Shown here: piece by piece, positions 14,373 through 27,052 of the stretch
How the letters are laid out: each line of letters begins with the position of its first letter
Position numbering within the stretch: the stretch's first letter is position 1
NCBI GenBank assembly: GCA_963783385.1
Contig: CAWANJ010000009.1
Location: 512,001 to 576,000, forward strand
DNA: 64,000 bases
Direction: 5' to 3'
Source of the DNA: an uncultured Gemmatimonadales bacterium
GTDB taxonomy: Bacteria > Gemmatimonadota > Gemmatimonadetes > Palauibacterales > Palauibacteraceae
Program-made: the position numbers and the translations under genes
The notes under the pieces: model-generated
Told to the model about the DNA's origin: nothing
The model's database searches: none
What the model saw: only the letters and a program-made list of their open reading frames with translations

Positions 14373-14879
14373 ATGCGCTGCGACAACTGCGGCGAGCGCG
14401 AGGCGGAGATCCACCTCACGCAGATCGTGGACAGTGAGCTCACCACGCTGCATCTGTGCAGCGAGTGCGCCGGAGAGAAGGGCGTGCCGATGCAGGTGGG
14501 CCTCGGATCGGCGCCCCTGACCGACTTCCTCGCCCAGATGGAGAAGGGCGCCGCCGACTCGGCGCTCGCCGTCGAGAGCGAGGCGTGCCCCTACTGCGGC
14601 ACCACCGCGGCGGACTTTCGGCGCACGGGTCGCCTCGGCTGCTCCCAGTGCTGGGTCCACTTCGAGCCCAAGCTGCGTTCGCTCCTCCGCCGCATCCACG
14701 GATCCACGCAGCACGTCGGCAAGCTCTACCTCGGCGCGGGCGAAGAGGAGGTCGGCGTGGACGCCGACGCCCGGATCGGCACCCTGCGCCGGCGACTCGA
14801 GCGGGCCATCGAGCTCGAGGACTTCGAGACAGCCGCGGACCTTCGGGACCGCATCCACGAGCTGGAGTCGGTGGAGTGA
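14373..14879 (+). CDS. mcsA: McsA (arginine kinase activator; four CxxC plus UVR domain)
   Basis: CDNC, CSEC, CPYC, GRLGCSQC, RIHG..HVGK, UVR EDFETAADLRDRI; directly upstream of mcsB-clpC. Confidence 0.93.
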   Translation: MRCDNCGEREAEIHLTQIVDSELTTLHLCSECAGEKGVPMQVGLGSAPLTDFLAQMEKGAADSALAVESEACPYCGTTAADFRRTGRLGCSQCWVHFEPKLRSLLRRIHGSTQHVGKLYLGAGEEEVGVDADARIGTLRRRLERAIELEDFETAADLRDRIHELESVE

Positions 14880-16018
14880 TGGAAGACGCCGACGCGGTTC
14901 GGGATCGCGGCATCGACTGGCTGGCCGGCGGCGGGCCCGATCACGAGGTCGTGCTCTCCACGCGTGTGCGGGTGGCGCGCAACCTCCAGGGATTTCCCTT
15001 CTCGATCCGGGCCGGCGTGGACGACCGCCGCCGTGTGCTCGCCCGGGTGCGGAGCGCGCTCGAGGGCGGAACGAGCCTCGTCGAGCCCGAGCTGCTCGAG
15101 ATGGAGAGCCTCGACTCCGGTCAGCGCCGTCTCCTGCTCGAGCGCCACCTGGTCAGCCGCGACCTCATCGGCAACCCCGATGAGGTCGCACCGCCCGGCG
15201 CGGCGCTCGTCCTCGAGGGCCGGCGCGCCCTGGGTCTCATGATCAACGAGGAGGACCACCTCCGGGCCCAGACGCTGCTGAACGGCCTGCAGCTCGTGCA
15301 GGCCTGGCAGGAGGTGAGCCGCCTGGACGAGGAGCTCGGGGGACGTCTGCCGTACGCCTTCCATCACGAGTTCGGGTTCCTCACCTCCTGTCCGACCAAC
15401 GTCGGCACGGGACTGCGGGCGTCCGTGCTCATCCACCTGCCCGGTCTCGTCCTCACCAAGGAGATCCGCAAGGTCCTGCAGGGCATTTCGCAGGTGGGCC
15501 TGACCTACCGGGGGCTGTACGGCGAAGGCTCCGAGGTCGTGGGGAATTTCTTCCAGATCTCCAACCAGACCACGCTGGGGAAGAGCGAGGAGGAGCTCAT
15601 CGACCACCTGGCCCGGATCGTGGGCCAGGTGATTCAGTACGAGAAGCAGGCCCGGGCCATCCTGCTCCGCGAGGCCCCGACCGTGCTCGAAGACAAGGTG
15701 GGGCGCGCCTACGGCATCCTGAGCCACGCCTATACCCTGCCGTTCGACGAGATGATGAACCTGATCTCCGGCCTGCGGCTGGGCCTCACGCTGAAACTTC
15801 TCCGAACACCTCGGGTAGAGACGCTCAACAGGGTCATGATCTTCGGCCAGACCGCCCACCTCGAGCGCATGGCGGGTCGGTCGCTCGATGACGCGGACGC
15901 GGACGTGCACCGGGCCGCGTTCGTCCGAAGGGCCCTGGCGGAGGACGAGGAGGCCGCCCGGAGCGCGGGTCCCGAACGGGACCTTCCGGCGGGGACGGAT
16001 GGCGACGATGAGCGGTGA
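14879..16018 (+). CDS. mcsB: Protein arginine kinase McsB
   Basis: STRVRVARNL, MINEEDHLR, GFLTSCPTNVGTGLRAS, FQISNQTTLG. Confidence 0.95.
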   Translation: MEDADAVRDRGIDWLAGGGPDHEVVLSTRVRVARNLQGFPFSIRAGVDDRRRVLARVRSALEGGTSLVEPELLEMESLDSGQRRLLLERHLVSRDLIGNPDEVAPPGAALVLEGRRALGLMINEEDHLRAQTLLNGLQLVQAWQEVSRLDEELGGRLPYAFHHEFGFLTSCPTNVGTGLRASVLIHLPGLVLTKEIRKVLQGISQVGLTYRGLYGEGSEVVGNFFQISNQTTLGKSEEELIDHLARIVGQVIQYEKQARAILLREAPTVLEDKVGRAYGILSHAYTLPFDEMMNLISGLRLGLTLKLLRTPRVETLNRVMIFGQTAHLERMAGRSLDDADADVHRAAFVRRALAEDEEAARSAGPERDLPAGTDGDDER

Positions 16019-16054
16019 GGCGGTCGGCTCGACACTTCCCTTGCTGAGGCCCGC

Positions 16055-18529
16055 ATGAACTACAATTTCACGGACCGGGTGCGGAAGGTCCTCGCCATGG
16101 CGCGGGAGGAGGCCATCCGCCTGCAGCACGACTACGTCGGGACGGAGCACGTCCTCCTGGGACTCATCCGCGAGGGGGAGGGCGTGGCCGCGGCCGTGCT
16201 CACGAACCTGGCCGCGGACCTCGACGAGATCCAGCGGCTGGTCGAGCAGCACGTGCGCAAGGGCAAGTCGACGGCCACGATCGGCGAACTCCCCTATACG
16301 TCGCGGGCCAAGAAGGTCCTCGAGTACGCCATGGCCGAGGCCCGCGAGCTCAACCACAGCTACGTCGGGACCGAGCACCTGCTGCTCGGCCTCCTCCGGG
16401 AGGAGAAGGGGCTGGCGGCCAAGGTGCTGGGCGAGCTCGGCATCGGGCTCGAAGACGCGCGCTCCGAAACCCTGAAGCTCCTCGGTACCGAGATGCCCAG
16501 CTCAGGCTCCAGCAGTCCATCGTCGGGTGCGAATCCCGCCAAGGGGGAGAAGAAGTCCAAGACGCCGGCGCTGGACCACTTCTGCCGCGACCTCACGCAG
16601 CTCGCGGACGAGGGCAAGCTCGACCCGACCATCGGCCGCGAAGCCGAGATCGAGCGGGTGATGGAGGTCCTCTCCCGGCGAAAGAAGAACAACCCCGTGC
16701 TCATCGGGGAGCCGGGCGTCGGGAAGACGGCCATCGTGGAGGGCCTCGCCCAGCGCATCGTGCGCGGCGACGTTCCGGACAGCCTCAAGGACCACCGGGT
16801 CCTCGCGCTCGACATGGCCGCCGTGATCGCGGGTACCAAGTACCGCGGGCAGTTCGAGGAGCGCCTCAAGGCCATCGTGAACGAGATCTCCCAGAACGAC
16901 GGGATCATCCTGTTCATCGACGAGCTCCACACGCTGGTCGGCGCGGGAGCCGCCGAGGGAGCCATCGATGCGTCCAACATGCTCAAGCCCGCCCTGGCGA
17001 GGGGAGAGCTCCAGTGCGTGGGCGCCTCGACCCTGAACGAGTATCGCAAGCACATTGAGAAGGACGGCGCGCTCGAGCGGCGCTTCCAGACCGTGATCGT
17101 CGAGGCGCCGACGGTCGACGAGACGATCGAGATCCTAAAGGGGCTCCGGAAGCACTACGAGGAGCACCACCGGGTGGTGATCCCCGACGAGTCGCTGGTG
17201 GCTTCGAGCCGGCTGTCCGAGCGCTACATCACCGACAGGTTCCTGCCCGACAAGGCCATCGACGTGGTCGACGAGGCCGGAGCGCGCGCGCGGCTCGGGG
17301 CGCAGGTGCCGCCTCCCGAGGTGCAGCAGCTCCAGGAGGAGGTCGACGCGCTGGCGGATCGCAAGGACGAGGCGATCCGGGACCAGGACTTCGAGCGAGC
17401 CGCCGAGCTGCGCGACCGCGAGAAGGAGATCCAGGAGGAGATCAAGCGACGCCGCGAGGAGTGGGAGAAGCAGCGGCGCGAGCATCGGCCCGTGGTGGAC
17501 GAGGAGGATATCGCGTTCATCGTCTCCCGGTGGACGGGGATTCCCGTCATGCGCCTGCGCGAGACGGAGACCGAGAGACTCCTCCGCATGGAGGAGGAGC
17601 TGCACGAGACGGTCGTGGGCCAGGACGAGGCCATCAACGCGATCAGCCGGGCCATCCGCCGCAGCCGCGCCGGCCTCAAGGACCCGCGCCGCCCGATCGG
17701 CAGCTTCGTGTTCTGCGGCCCCACCGGGGTCGGGAAGACGGAGCTGGCGCGCTCGCTCGCGCGCTTCCTGTTCGCCGATGAGCAGGCGCTCATCCGCGTG
17801 GACATGTCCGAGTACATGGAGAAGTTCTCGGTCAGCCGCCTGATCGGGGCTCCCCCGGGTTACGTGGGTTACGAGGACAGCGGCGTCCTCACCAAGGCCG
17901 TGCGTCGCCGTCCTTACAGCGTGGTGCTGCTCGACGAGATCGAGAAGGCGCACCCGGACGTGTTCAACATCCTCCTCCAGGTGCTGGACGACGGGCAGCT
18001 CACGGACAACTACGGTCGGATCATCGACTTCAAGAACACCGTCATCATCATGACCTCGAACGTCGGAGCCCGGGACATCACCTCCACTTCCAGCCTCGGC
18101 TTCCACGCCGAGGAGGGGATGGGGTACGAGCGCATCAAGGAGCGCGTGCAGGAGGAGATCGAGCGCACCTTCGCCCCCGAGTTCCTCAACCGGCTCGACG
18201 AGGTGATCGTGTTCCATCCGCTCGACCGCGAGCAGATCGGCAAGATCGTCCACATCCAGCTCCGCGACGTCGAGAAGCGACTGGCCGAGGAGAAGCTGTC
18301 GCTGAAGCTCACCGACGCCGCGGTGCGGTTCCTGGTCGATCACGGCTACGACGAGAAGTTCGGTGCGCGGCCGCTGAAGCGGACGATCCAGCGCTACATC
18401 GAGGATCCGCTCTCGGAGAAGATCCTCATGGCCGAGTTCGCCCCTGGGGACGATATCCAGGTCGAGGTCTCGGAGGAGGACCCGGAGTTGCTGGCGTTCG
18501 GGGCCGCGTCCCCGTCATCGGCCACGTGA
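16055..18529 (+). CDS. clpC: ATP-dependent Clp protease ATPase ClpC
   Basis: Two Clp-N repeats, GEPGVGKT, short UVR middle domain, [22 protein letters not shown] ClpP-docking loop. Confidence 0.97.
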   Translation: MNYNFTDRVRKVLAMAREEAIRLQHDYVGTEHVLLGLIREGEGVAAAVLTNLAADLDEIQRLVEQHVRKGKSTATIGELPYTSRAKKVLEYAMAEARELNHSYVGTEHLLLGLLREEKGLAAKVLGELGIGLEDARSETLKLLGTEMPSSGSSSPSSGANPAKGEKKSKTPALDHFCRDLTQLADEGKLDPTIGREAEIERVMEVLSRRKKNNPVLIGEPGVGKTAIVEGLAQRIVRGDVPDSLKDHRVLALDMAAVIAGTKYRGQFEERLKAIVNEISQNDGIILFIDELHTLVGAGAAEGAIDASNMLKPALARGELQCVGASTLNEYRKHIEKDGALERRFQTVIVEAPTVDETIEILKGLRKHYEEHHRVVIPDESLVASSRLSERYITDRFLPDKAIDVVDEAGARARLGAQVPPPEVQQLQEEVDALADRKDEAIRDQDFERAAELRDREKEIQEEIKRRREEWEKQRREHRPVVDEEDIAFIVSRWTGIPVMRLRETETERLLRMEEELHETVVGQDEAINAISRAIRRSRAGLKDPRRPIGSFVFCGPTGVGKTELARSLARFLFADEQALIRVDMSEYMEKFSVSRLIGAPPGYVGYEDSGVLTKAVRRRPYSVVLLDEIEKAHPDVFNILLQVLDDGQLTDNYGRIIDFKNTVIIMTSNVGARDITSTSSLGFHAEEGMGYERIKERVQEEIERTFAPEFLNRLDEVIVFHPLDREQIGKIVHIQLRDVEKRLAEEKLSLKLTDAAVRFLVDHGYDEKFGARPLKRTIQRYIEDPLSEKILMAEFAPGDDIQVEVSEEDPELLAFGAASPSSAT

Positions 18530-20928
18530 TTCGGCGGCTCCTAGTCGCGATCCTCGCGGTCGCAGCCCTGGCCGGAGCGCCCCGGAGCCTCTTCGCTCAG
18601 CAGGACACGGCGGCGAGCAACGTCGTCGTCGACAGCATCATCGTCCATGGGAACCATCGGGTCAGCGACACCCGGGTCATCGAGCTCAGCCACCTTCGCA
18701 AGGGTGAGTCGGTCTCCTTTCCCACCATCCAGGGCGCGATCCATCGCCTGTACGCCTCGGGGCAGTTCTCCAACGTCTCGATCAGCGTGACCCCGGGCAG
18801 CCCGGCCATCTTCTTCATCGACGTCGTGGAGCGGCCCGTGGTGGCCGAATACGCCTTCGAGGGCCTGCAGCACGTGTCCCCCGGCACGGTCCGCGACACC
18901 GCCGGTCTCGTGAACGGCGAGCCGCTGGATCCGGCCAGGATCTCGCGTGCCGAGGAGATGCTCGGTCATCTGCTCTCCAAAGCGGGGTTTCCAAGGCCCC
19001 GCATCGACACGGCCATGGTCGTGGCTCCAGGCGGCTACCGCCTCGTGTTCAGGGTGGACGAGGGCCCCCGGCTGGCGATCACGAGCATCTCCTTCGAGGG
19101 CGATTCCTCCTTCAGCGACGCGCAGCTCCGGAGCGCGATGTCGACCGGCCAGGAGGGTTTCCTGTGGCTCCACACGGGAGAGTTCCGCCACGACGAGTTC
19201 GAGAAGGACCTGCGCGAGCGCCTCCCCGCCTTCTATGCCGAGCACGGCTACATCGACATGAGCGTCGCGGGCGACACGGTCATCGTGGACCCGCGCACCG
19301 GCAAGGGCCGCATCGTCGTCAAGGTGGACGAGGGTCCGCAGTACCGGCTGGCCGAGTTCGACGTGCACGGCAACCGGCGCTTCCCGACCGGAGCGCTCAT
19401 GAGCCGCTTCCGGCCGGCCGACGCCACACCGCTCGACAGCCTGCCCAGAGACGAGCTGCCGCCGTTCGATCAGAGCGCCTTCAATGACGCCACCGGCAAG
19501 ATCGGAGACCTGTACCGAAACACGGGCTACCTGCGGGCGGAGGTGCAGCCCTCCGTGCAGCGCATTCCCCCGTCCAGGTCCGGAGGGGCCCACCTGGTGA
19601 AGGCGGTGTGGAACATCACCGAGGGCGAGCCGGCCTACGTGCACAAGGTGACGATCACCGGCAACACCTACACCCACGATTACGTCATCCGGCAGCGGCT
19701 CGGCTTGCTCCCGGGAGACATCTACTCGCAGGAACGGCTGATCCAGAGCGTCAAGAACATCCAGTCGATGGGATTCTTCGAGGCGCTTCCGCCCCAGCAG
19801 GCCGTGAACATCCAGCCGCTGGACAACGGAGACGTCGACATCACGCTCAAGGTCAAGGAGAAGCAGACCGGGAACCTGAACTTCGGAGCGTCGGCGTCGG
19901 CCGTCACCGGGCTGGCCGGCTTCATCGGCTACGACCAGCCGAACCTGTTCGGGGAGGCCAAGAGCGGGCACTTCCGCTGGCTGTTCGGCGGGCGCACACA
20001 GGATCTGGAGCTCGGATACCAGGACCCATCCGTGAGGGGCTCCAGGTATTCGGCTTCGGTCCAGCTACGCCATTCGCGGGACATCTATACGACCTACAAC
20101 CTGGGCCAGCGTCGCCAGACCGGAGGTTCGCTCGAGGTCGGCCTTCCGGTGCTGGGACTCCGGGGCACGCGCCTGTTCGCGGGCTACTCGCTGTTCCGGG
20201 ACGAGACCCGGGACCTGCAGCTCGTGGGACTGACGCCGCAGCAGGCGAACATCCTGCTCAACGGTACTCGCAGCACGATCAGCCTCCGGCTGGTGCGGGA
20301 CACGCGTCAGGGAGGCCTGTTCCCCGTGGCGGGCAGCCGCAACGAGATCGACGCCGCGTTCACCGGCGGGCCCCTCGGGGGCGCTGGCCGGTACGGCAAG
20401 TATACGGTGGAGAGCTCGTGGTTCGTGCCGGTCGCGGCAATCGGTGGCGGGCTCAACTCCCAGCCGATCCAGTTCACGGCCGGCCTCATCTTCCGGGGCG
20501 GGGTCATCCTCGGTGACAACCCCTTCTTCCGGGAGCGCTTCCTGATGGGAGGGGTGCAGGTCGGCGAGCAGCTGCGCGGCTACTCGGAGGGAACCGTCAC
20601 ACCCTACGGCCACGTGCCGCAGAACTCCACGAGCTTTGCGACCATCGACCGGGCCGGCGAGTCGTTCTTCGGCAGCACGGCACAGTTCGGCGTCAAGCTG
20701 TCCGGGAGCCTGTTCGCCAATGCCTTCGTGGACGCGGGCAACGTCTGGAAGTCCGCCGCGGACATCAACCCGACCGACCTGCTCGTGGGAGCGGGCGTGG
20801 GGGTGAGCCTCGTGACGCCCTTCGGACCGCTCGGGATCGACTACGCCTACGGCTTCGATCGACGTGACGTGCTCGGACGGCCGAATCCGGGCTGGAAGCT
20901 CCATTTCAAGTTCGGCCGCATCTTCTGA
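18526..20928 (+). CDS. bamA: Outer membrane protein assembly factor BamA
   Basis: Signal peptide, POTRA-like repeats, LRGY loop-6 motif, [14 protein letters not shown]-terminal Phe. Confidence 0.95.
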   Translation: MIRRLLVAILAVAALAGAPRSLFAQQDTAASNVVVDSIIVHGNHRVSDTRVIELSHLRKGESVSFPTIQGAIHRLYASGQFSNVSISVTPGSPAIFFIDVVERPVVAEYAFEGLQHVSPGTVRDTAGLVNGEPLDPARISRAEEMLGHLLSKAGFPRPRIDTAMVVAPGGYRLVFRVDEGPRLAITSISFEGDSSFSDAQLRSAMSTGQEGFLWLHTGEFRHDEFEKDLRERLPAFYAEHGYIDMSVAGDTVIVDPRTGKGRIVVKVDEGPQYRLAEFDVHGNRRFPTGALMSRFRPADATPLDSLPRDELPPFDQSAFNDATGKIGDLYRNTGYLRAEVQPSVQRIPPSRSGGAHLVKAVWNITEGEPAYVHKVTITGNTYTHDYVIRQRLGLLPGDIYSQERLIQSVKNIQSMGFFEALPPQQAVNIQPLDNGDVDITLKVKEKQTGNLNFGASASAVTGLAGFIGYDQPNLFGEAKSGHFRWLFGGRTQDLELGYQDPSVRGSRYSASVQLRHSRDIYTTYNLGQRRQTGGSLEVGLPVLGLRGTRLFAGYSLFRDETRDLQLVGLTPQQANILLNGTRSTISLRLVRDTRQGGLFPVAGSRNEIDAAFTGGPLGGAGRYGKYTVESSWFVPVAAIGGGLNSQPIQFTAGLIFRGGVILGDNPFFRERFLMGGVQVGEQLRGYSEGTVTPYGHVPQNSTSFATIDRAGESFFGSTAQFGVKLSGSLFANAFVDAGNVWKSAADINPTDLLVGAGVGVSLVTPFGPLGIDYAYGFDRRDVLGRPNPGWKLHFKFGRIF

Positions 20929-20959
20929 ACTCGAATCCGACGACCTGAGGAGTACGTTC

Positions 20960-21571
20960 ATGGAAGCAATGCATCGTGGACCGGCCCTGGCGCTGACCCT
21001 CGCTCTGGTCACCGTCGCTCCGCTCGCGGCGCAGTCCGGTGCCCCCGGGAAGGACTCCTCTTCGGCACCGCCTCCGGGGACCCAGTTCGTCTACATCAAC
21101 TCCCAGCAGCTCCTGCAGGCCACGCCGGGCGCGGACAAGGCACAGCAGCAGTGGAACCAGGAGCTCGGTAAGTACCGCTCCGAGGTGCAGTCTCTCGCCG
21201 CCCAGGTCGACTCGCTCGATCAGGCCTACCAGCGCCAGGAAGCCATGCTCAGCGACGCTGCCAAGACGAGAAAACAGCAGGAGATCCAGCAGAAGCGGCA
21301 GCAGCTTCAGCAGCGCACCCAGCAGCTGGAGCAGCAAGCCTCCCAGCGCCAGCAGCAGCTCCTGCAGCCCATCCTGAACAAGGTGCGGGGCGTCATCGAG
21401 CAGATCCGCAAAGAGCGGGGCTACACCATGGTGTTCGACGCGGCCGGCTCGGGACTCCTGGCCGCCGATCCGAAGCTGGACATCACGAACATGGTGATTC
21501 AGCGCCTGAAGGCCAGCGGCGACGCCGCGACGGGCGACTCGACCGCGTCGGGTGGAAGCGGCGGGCGCTGA
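20960..21571 (+). CDS. skp: OmpH/Skp periplasmic chaperone
   Basis: Signal peptide, FVYINSQQLL, Gln-rich coiled coil, GYTMVFD...DITNMVIQRL; lies between bamA and lpxD. Confidence 0.9.
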   Translation: MEAMHRGPALALTLALVTVAPLAAQSGAPGKDSSSAPPPGTQFVYINSQQLLQATPGADKAQQQWNQELGKYRSEVQSLAAQVDSLDQAYQRQEAMLSDAAKTRKQQEIQQKRQQLQQRTQQLEQQASQRQQQLLQPILNKVRGVIEQIRKERGYTMVFDAAGSGLLAADPKLDITNMVIQRLKASGDAATGDSTASGGSGGR

Positions 21572-21640
21572 AGGCGGCCGCGTCCCGACTCGGTCCGGCT
21601 GGATGAAGGACCGCCGAGCACCCTGGCTCCGGAGGATCCT

Positions 21641-22692
21641 GTGAGCCGATACACGGTCGAGGAGCTGGCCGCCCGGGTCGACGGTCGAGTGGAGGGCGAT
21701 CCTTCCGCGGTCGTGACGGCCATCGCGCCCGTGGACGAGGCGGGCCCCGGCGACCTCACCTTCGTGAGCGACCGGCGCTACCGGCGCGCGCTGGCATCCA
21801 GCCGTCCCACGGCCGTCCTCGTCCCGGACGACCTGACCACCGACGGAGCGACGTCGGCGACCCTGATCCGCGTCCGAGACCCCCACGTCGCCCTCGGGCG
21901 CCTTCTCCCGCTGTTCTTTCCCGATCGCGTGGAGGCCGCGTCCGTCCCCGGCGTGCATGCGACGGCCGTCCTCGGCCGTGACGTGGAGCTCGGCGAGAGC
22001 GTGAGGATCGGTCCCCACGCCGTCCTCGAGGCGGGGTGCCACGTGGGACGCGACACCGTCGTCGAAGCCCAGGTGCACGTCGGTTCCGGAGCGATGATCG
22101 GGGAGGCATGCCGACTGGGACAGGGATGCTCGGTCCTCGGGGCCGTCCGCATGGGGGACCGCGTCCACGTCCACCCGGGAGCGCGGCTGGGCACCGAAGG
22201 CTACGGATTCGGGGTGGACGGGGGCCGTCCGGTGAAGATCCCCCAGGTGGGCCAATGCCTCGTCGGGGACGACGTCGAGATCGGTGCCAACACCACGGTC
22301 GACCGGGGCGCCCTCGGCGACACGGTCATCGGCGCCGGGACCAAGATCGACAACCTGGTCCATATCGGACACAACGTCCGGATTGGAGAGAACTGCATGA
22401 TCGTGGCGCAGGTGGGCGTGGCCGGCAGCGTGGAGATCGGGACGGGCGTCCAGCTGGCCGGCCAGGCCGGCATCGCGGGGCACCTCTCCATCGGTGACGG
22501 GGCGAGGATCGCGGCGCAGGCGGGCGTGATCGGCGATGTTCCTCCCGGCGCCACGTACTCCGGCTACCCCGCCCGCCCCCACCACGAAGCCATGCGTGCG
22601 AGCGCGGCGCTCTTCCGGCTTCCCGATCTCCTGCAGCGAATGCGCAGACTCGGAGAGGACCGCGGCACGGACTCGAAGGAGGCGGAGGACGC

Positions 22693-22696
<4 letters not shown>
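21641..22696 (+). CDS. lpxD: UDP-3-O-acylglucosamine N-acyltransferase
   Basis: Hexapeptide repeats, GTEGYGF, KIPQVG, IGANTTVDRG, KIDNLVHIGHNV. Confidence 0.96.
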
Positions 22697-23999
<1,303 letters not shown>

Positions 24000-24003
<4 letters not shown>

Positions 24004-24800
24004 GCGAGTCCCCCGTGGGGGTCGAGCCGGGCACGCGGCACTCCACGGCCGTCATCTCGCCGGAGGCCGAACTCGCCGAGTCGGTGGCGGTGGGCCCCTA
24101 CGCCGTGATCGGTCCGGGCGTGCGGCTGGCCGAGCGCGTGCGGATCGGACCGCACGCCTACCTCGAGCGCGATACGCGAGTCGGGGAAGACACGCACATT
24201 CACGCCGGAGCCGTGCTCGGTACCGACCCCCAGGACATGAAGTACGACGGAGAGGCGTCAGTGCTCGAGGTCGGGAGTCGTACCACGATCCGGGAGTACG
24301 CCACCCTGAACCGTGGCACCGCGGCATCGGGGCGAACCAGCGTGGGCGACGACTGTCTGATCATGGCGTACGCCCACGTGGCGCACGATTGCCACCTGGG
24401 AGACCACGTCATCCTGGCCAACGCGGTGAACATGGGCGGCCACGTGGAGATCGGCGACTGGGCCATCGTGGGCGGCGTGACGGCGATCCACCAGTTCGTC
24501 CGCATCGGCCGCCACGCCTTCGTGGGCGGCGGCTCACGGGTGCCCCAGGACGTGGCTCCGTACGTGACCGTGGCGGGCAACCCTTGCGCGGCCTATGGGA
24601 TCAACGCGGAGGGCCTGCGCCGGCGCGGGTTCGGACGGGAGACACTGGCGGCGCTCCGCCACGCCTACCGGGTGCTGTTCCGCTCCAATCGAAACGTGGG
24701 CGATGCGCTCGAAGCCCTCGAGTCGGAGGGCGGGCTCGGCGAGGAGGTCTCCGAGCTCATCGCGTTCATCCGCTCCAGCGAACGCGGCGTGACCACGTGA
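24000..24800 (+). CDS. lpxA: UDP-N-acetylglucosamine acyltransferase
   Basis: PQDMKY, IREYATLNRGT, MAYAHVAHDC, GINAEGLRRRGF, SERG. Confidence 0.96.
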
Positions 24801-25792
24801 CCCGGATACGGGCGGGCGTCGCGGGCGTCGGACGGCTCGGGCGCGAGCATGCCCGCATCCTGTCCGAGCTCGACGAGGTCCACCTCGCGGGCGTGCACGA
24901 TGTGGACGGAGAGCGGGCCACTCGCGTCGCCGCACAGTTTGGCGTCCGCAGCTACCCGGACCTGACCGCGTTGCTCGACGACGTCCAGGCTCTGGTGGTG
25001 GCGGTGCCGACGGCCCTCCATCACGACGTGGCCCGGCGGGCCCTGGTCGCGGGTCGACACGTGCTGGTGGAGAAGCCCCTCACCCGGACGCTCGACGAGG
25101 CCGACGACCTGATCGCCCTCGCCGAACAGCGCGACCTGCGGCTCGCCGTCGGGCACGTGGAGCGCTTCAACGGGGCCATCCGCAGCAGCGAGCCCTACCT
25201 GCACGGGGCGCGCTTCGTCGAGTCTCTGCGCCTGGCTCCGTTCCAACCGCGGGGCACGGACGTCAACGTGGTCCTCGATCTGATGATCCACGACATCGAC
25301 CTCGTCCTCGGCCTGGTGCGCTCCCCGGTCGAGAGCCTGCACGCGGTCGGCACGCCCGTGCTCACCGGCTCGGTGGACATCGCCAACGCCCGGCTCGTAT
25401 TCGAGAACGGGACCGTGGCCGAGATCACGGCGAGCCGGGTGTCCGAGGAGCGGGTCAGGGTGCTGCGCCTCTTCCAGCCCGATGGCTACCTCAAGCTCGA
25501 CCTGGCAGCCGGCCGGGGAGAGTTCCTCCGCAGGCGTGCCGGAATCGGTTCGCTGGAGGGGGGGAAGGGCGAGGTCCCGCTTCACGCGCTCTCCGAGCTG
25601 GTCGAGCGCATTCCCCTGCAGGGCGATGGCCGGGAGCCCCTGCGCCTGGAGCTCGAGGCCTTTCTGGCGGCGGTGCGGGGCGAGAGCTCGCCCGTCGTCT
25701 CGGCCCGGGAAGGTCGCGCCGCCCTCGAGGTGGCGTTTCGAATCGGTCGTTCCATACAACGGTTCGCCGATGTCGCTCTGGAAGCTTCGTGA
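24797..25792 (+). CDS. Gfo/Idh/MocA oxidoreductase (GnnA-like)
   Basis: GVGRLG Rossmann motif, LVEKP, VGHVERFN, VVLDLMIHDID; located between lpxA and lpxB. Confidence 0.85.
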   Translation: MTRIRAGVAGVGRLGREHARILSELDEVHLAGVHDVDGERATRVAAQFGVRSYPDLTALLDDVQALVVAVPTALHHDVARRALVAGRHVLVEKPLTRTLDEADDLIALAEQRDLRLAVGHVERFNGAIRSSEPYLHGARFVESLRLAPFQPRGTDVNVVLDLMIHDIDLVLGLVRSPVESLHAVGTPVLTGSVDIANARLVFENGTVAEITASRVSEERVRVLRLFQPDGYLKLDLAAGRGEFLRRRAGIGSLEGGKGEVPLHALSELVERIPLQGDGREPLRLELEAFLAAVRGESSPVVSAREGRAALEVAFRIGRSIQRFADVALEAS

Positions 25793-25904
25793 GGAGAGAA
25801 AGAGGCTCGGTGGCTCCACGCGGCGGGGACCCGGGACCCGAACCCTGGTCTTCCTGCTCGTCCTGGTGCTGCTCCTGATCCTGTACCTCGGCAGCCTGGG
25901 ATAG
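25770..25904 (+). CDS. Putative 44-aa small membrane protein
   Basis: MSLWKLREERKRLGGSTRRGPGTRTLVFLLVLVLLLILYLGSLG: basic N-terminus plus one C-terminal TM helix; fills the gap before lpxB. Confidence 0.65.
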   Translation: MSLWKLREERKRLGGSTRRGPGTRTLVFLLVLVLLLILYLGSLG

Positions 25905-25912
25905 CCCGGGCC

Positions 25913-27052
25913 GTGCCCTCGGCCTCGATCCGAGGCCCCCGTCGCCGTCGGACGATCTTCCTCTCCGCCGGAGAGGTGTCCGGAGACGAGCACGGGTCGC
26001 GCCTCGCCAGGGAGCTGCGCTCGCGCGCCCCGGACCTGCGCCTGGTCGGGTTGGGCGGCAGCCTCATGGCCGATGCGGGCGTCGAGCTCCTCGCCGACCT
26101 GGACCTGCTGGCGGTGATGGGCGTGGCCGAGGTGCTCACGCGCCTCCCGCGGCTCCTCGGCCTGCGGCGGCGGGTGCGCCGCTTCCTGCTGCGCGAGGGC
26201 GTAGACCTCTTCCTGCCGATCGACTATCCCGGCTTCAACGTCCCGCTGGCGGGCTGGGCCCGGCGCCGTGGGTTGCCCGTGCTCTACTACATCGCTCCCC
26301 AGGTGTGGGCGTGGCGGCCGGGCCGGACCCGCCACCTGGCCCGGGCCACGGACCTGGTGTGCACGGTCCTGCCGTTCGAGAGGGACTTCCTAGAGCGCTA
26401 CGGCGTCCGGGCCCGCTTCGTGGGCCATCCCCTCCTGGACGTGGCGCGCGCGAGGTCGCAGCGCCCCCGGCCCCGGGGGGCTCCGCCGACGCTGGGTCTG
26501 TTTCCGGGCTCCCGGGTCCAGGAGGTGCGGCGGATGCTCCCCTTGTTCCTGGAGACGGCCGGCCGGTTGGTACTCCACGCCTCCGGACTCCGGGTCCTGG
26601 TGGCGCGTGCGCACGATTTGCCGGACGCGGCATTCGAGCCCGCGGATGCGTCGAGCGTCCTGCCGGCCGAGGAGGTGCTGAACCGGGCCACCGTGGCGCT
26701 CACCAAGTCCGGCACGATCACCCTCCAGCTCGCCCTGGCCGGCGTGCCCATGGTCGTGGCACACCGCGTGAACCCGCTCACCTACGCGATCGCCCGGCGG
26801 CTTGTGACCGTCGATCACCTGGCGCTGGTGAACCTGGTCCTGGGAGAGCGTCTGGTGCCCGAGCTCGTGCAGGACGAGGCGGAGCCCGGTCGGCTGGTCC
26901 GGACCCTCCTCCCCCTGCTCGATCCGCACAACGAGGAGCGCGCGCGCATGCTGGACGGCCTCGCCAGGGTCCGCGATCGTCTGGGCGAGCCGGGCGGCTC
27001 GGCGCGCGTGGCGGAGGCCGCCTTCGAGCTCATGGACGGGCGTCGGCCATGA
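25913..27052 (+). CDS. lpxB: Lipid-A-disaccharide synthase
   Basis: SAGEVSGD, IDYPGFN, YYIAPQVWAWR, PFE, VGHP, PGSR, KSGT. Confidence 0.96.
   Translation: MPSASIRGPRRRRTIFLSAGEVSGDEHGSRLARELRSRAPDLRLVGLGGSLMADAGVELLADLDLLAVMGVAEVLTRLPRLLGLRRRVRRFLLREGVDLFLPIDYPGFNVPLAGWARRRGLPVLYYIAPQVWAWRPGRTRHLARATDLVCTVLPFERDFLERYGVRARFVGHPLLDVARARSQRPRPRGAPPTLGLFPGSRVQEVRRMLPLFLETAGRLVLHASGLRVLVARAHDLPDAAFEPADASSVLPAEEVLNRATVALTKSGTITLQLALAGVPMVVAHRVNPLTYAIARRLVTVDHLALVNLVLGERLVPELVQDEAEPGRLVRTLLPLLDPHNEERARMLDGLARVRDRLGEPGGSARVAEAAFELMDGRRP

Noticed and set aside
21270-21370. CAG-rich repeat-like tract
   Set aside because: Encodes the normal Gln-rich coiled coil of Skp; not a tandem array
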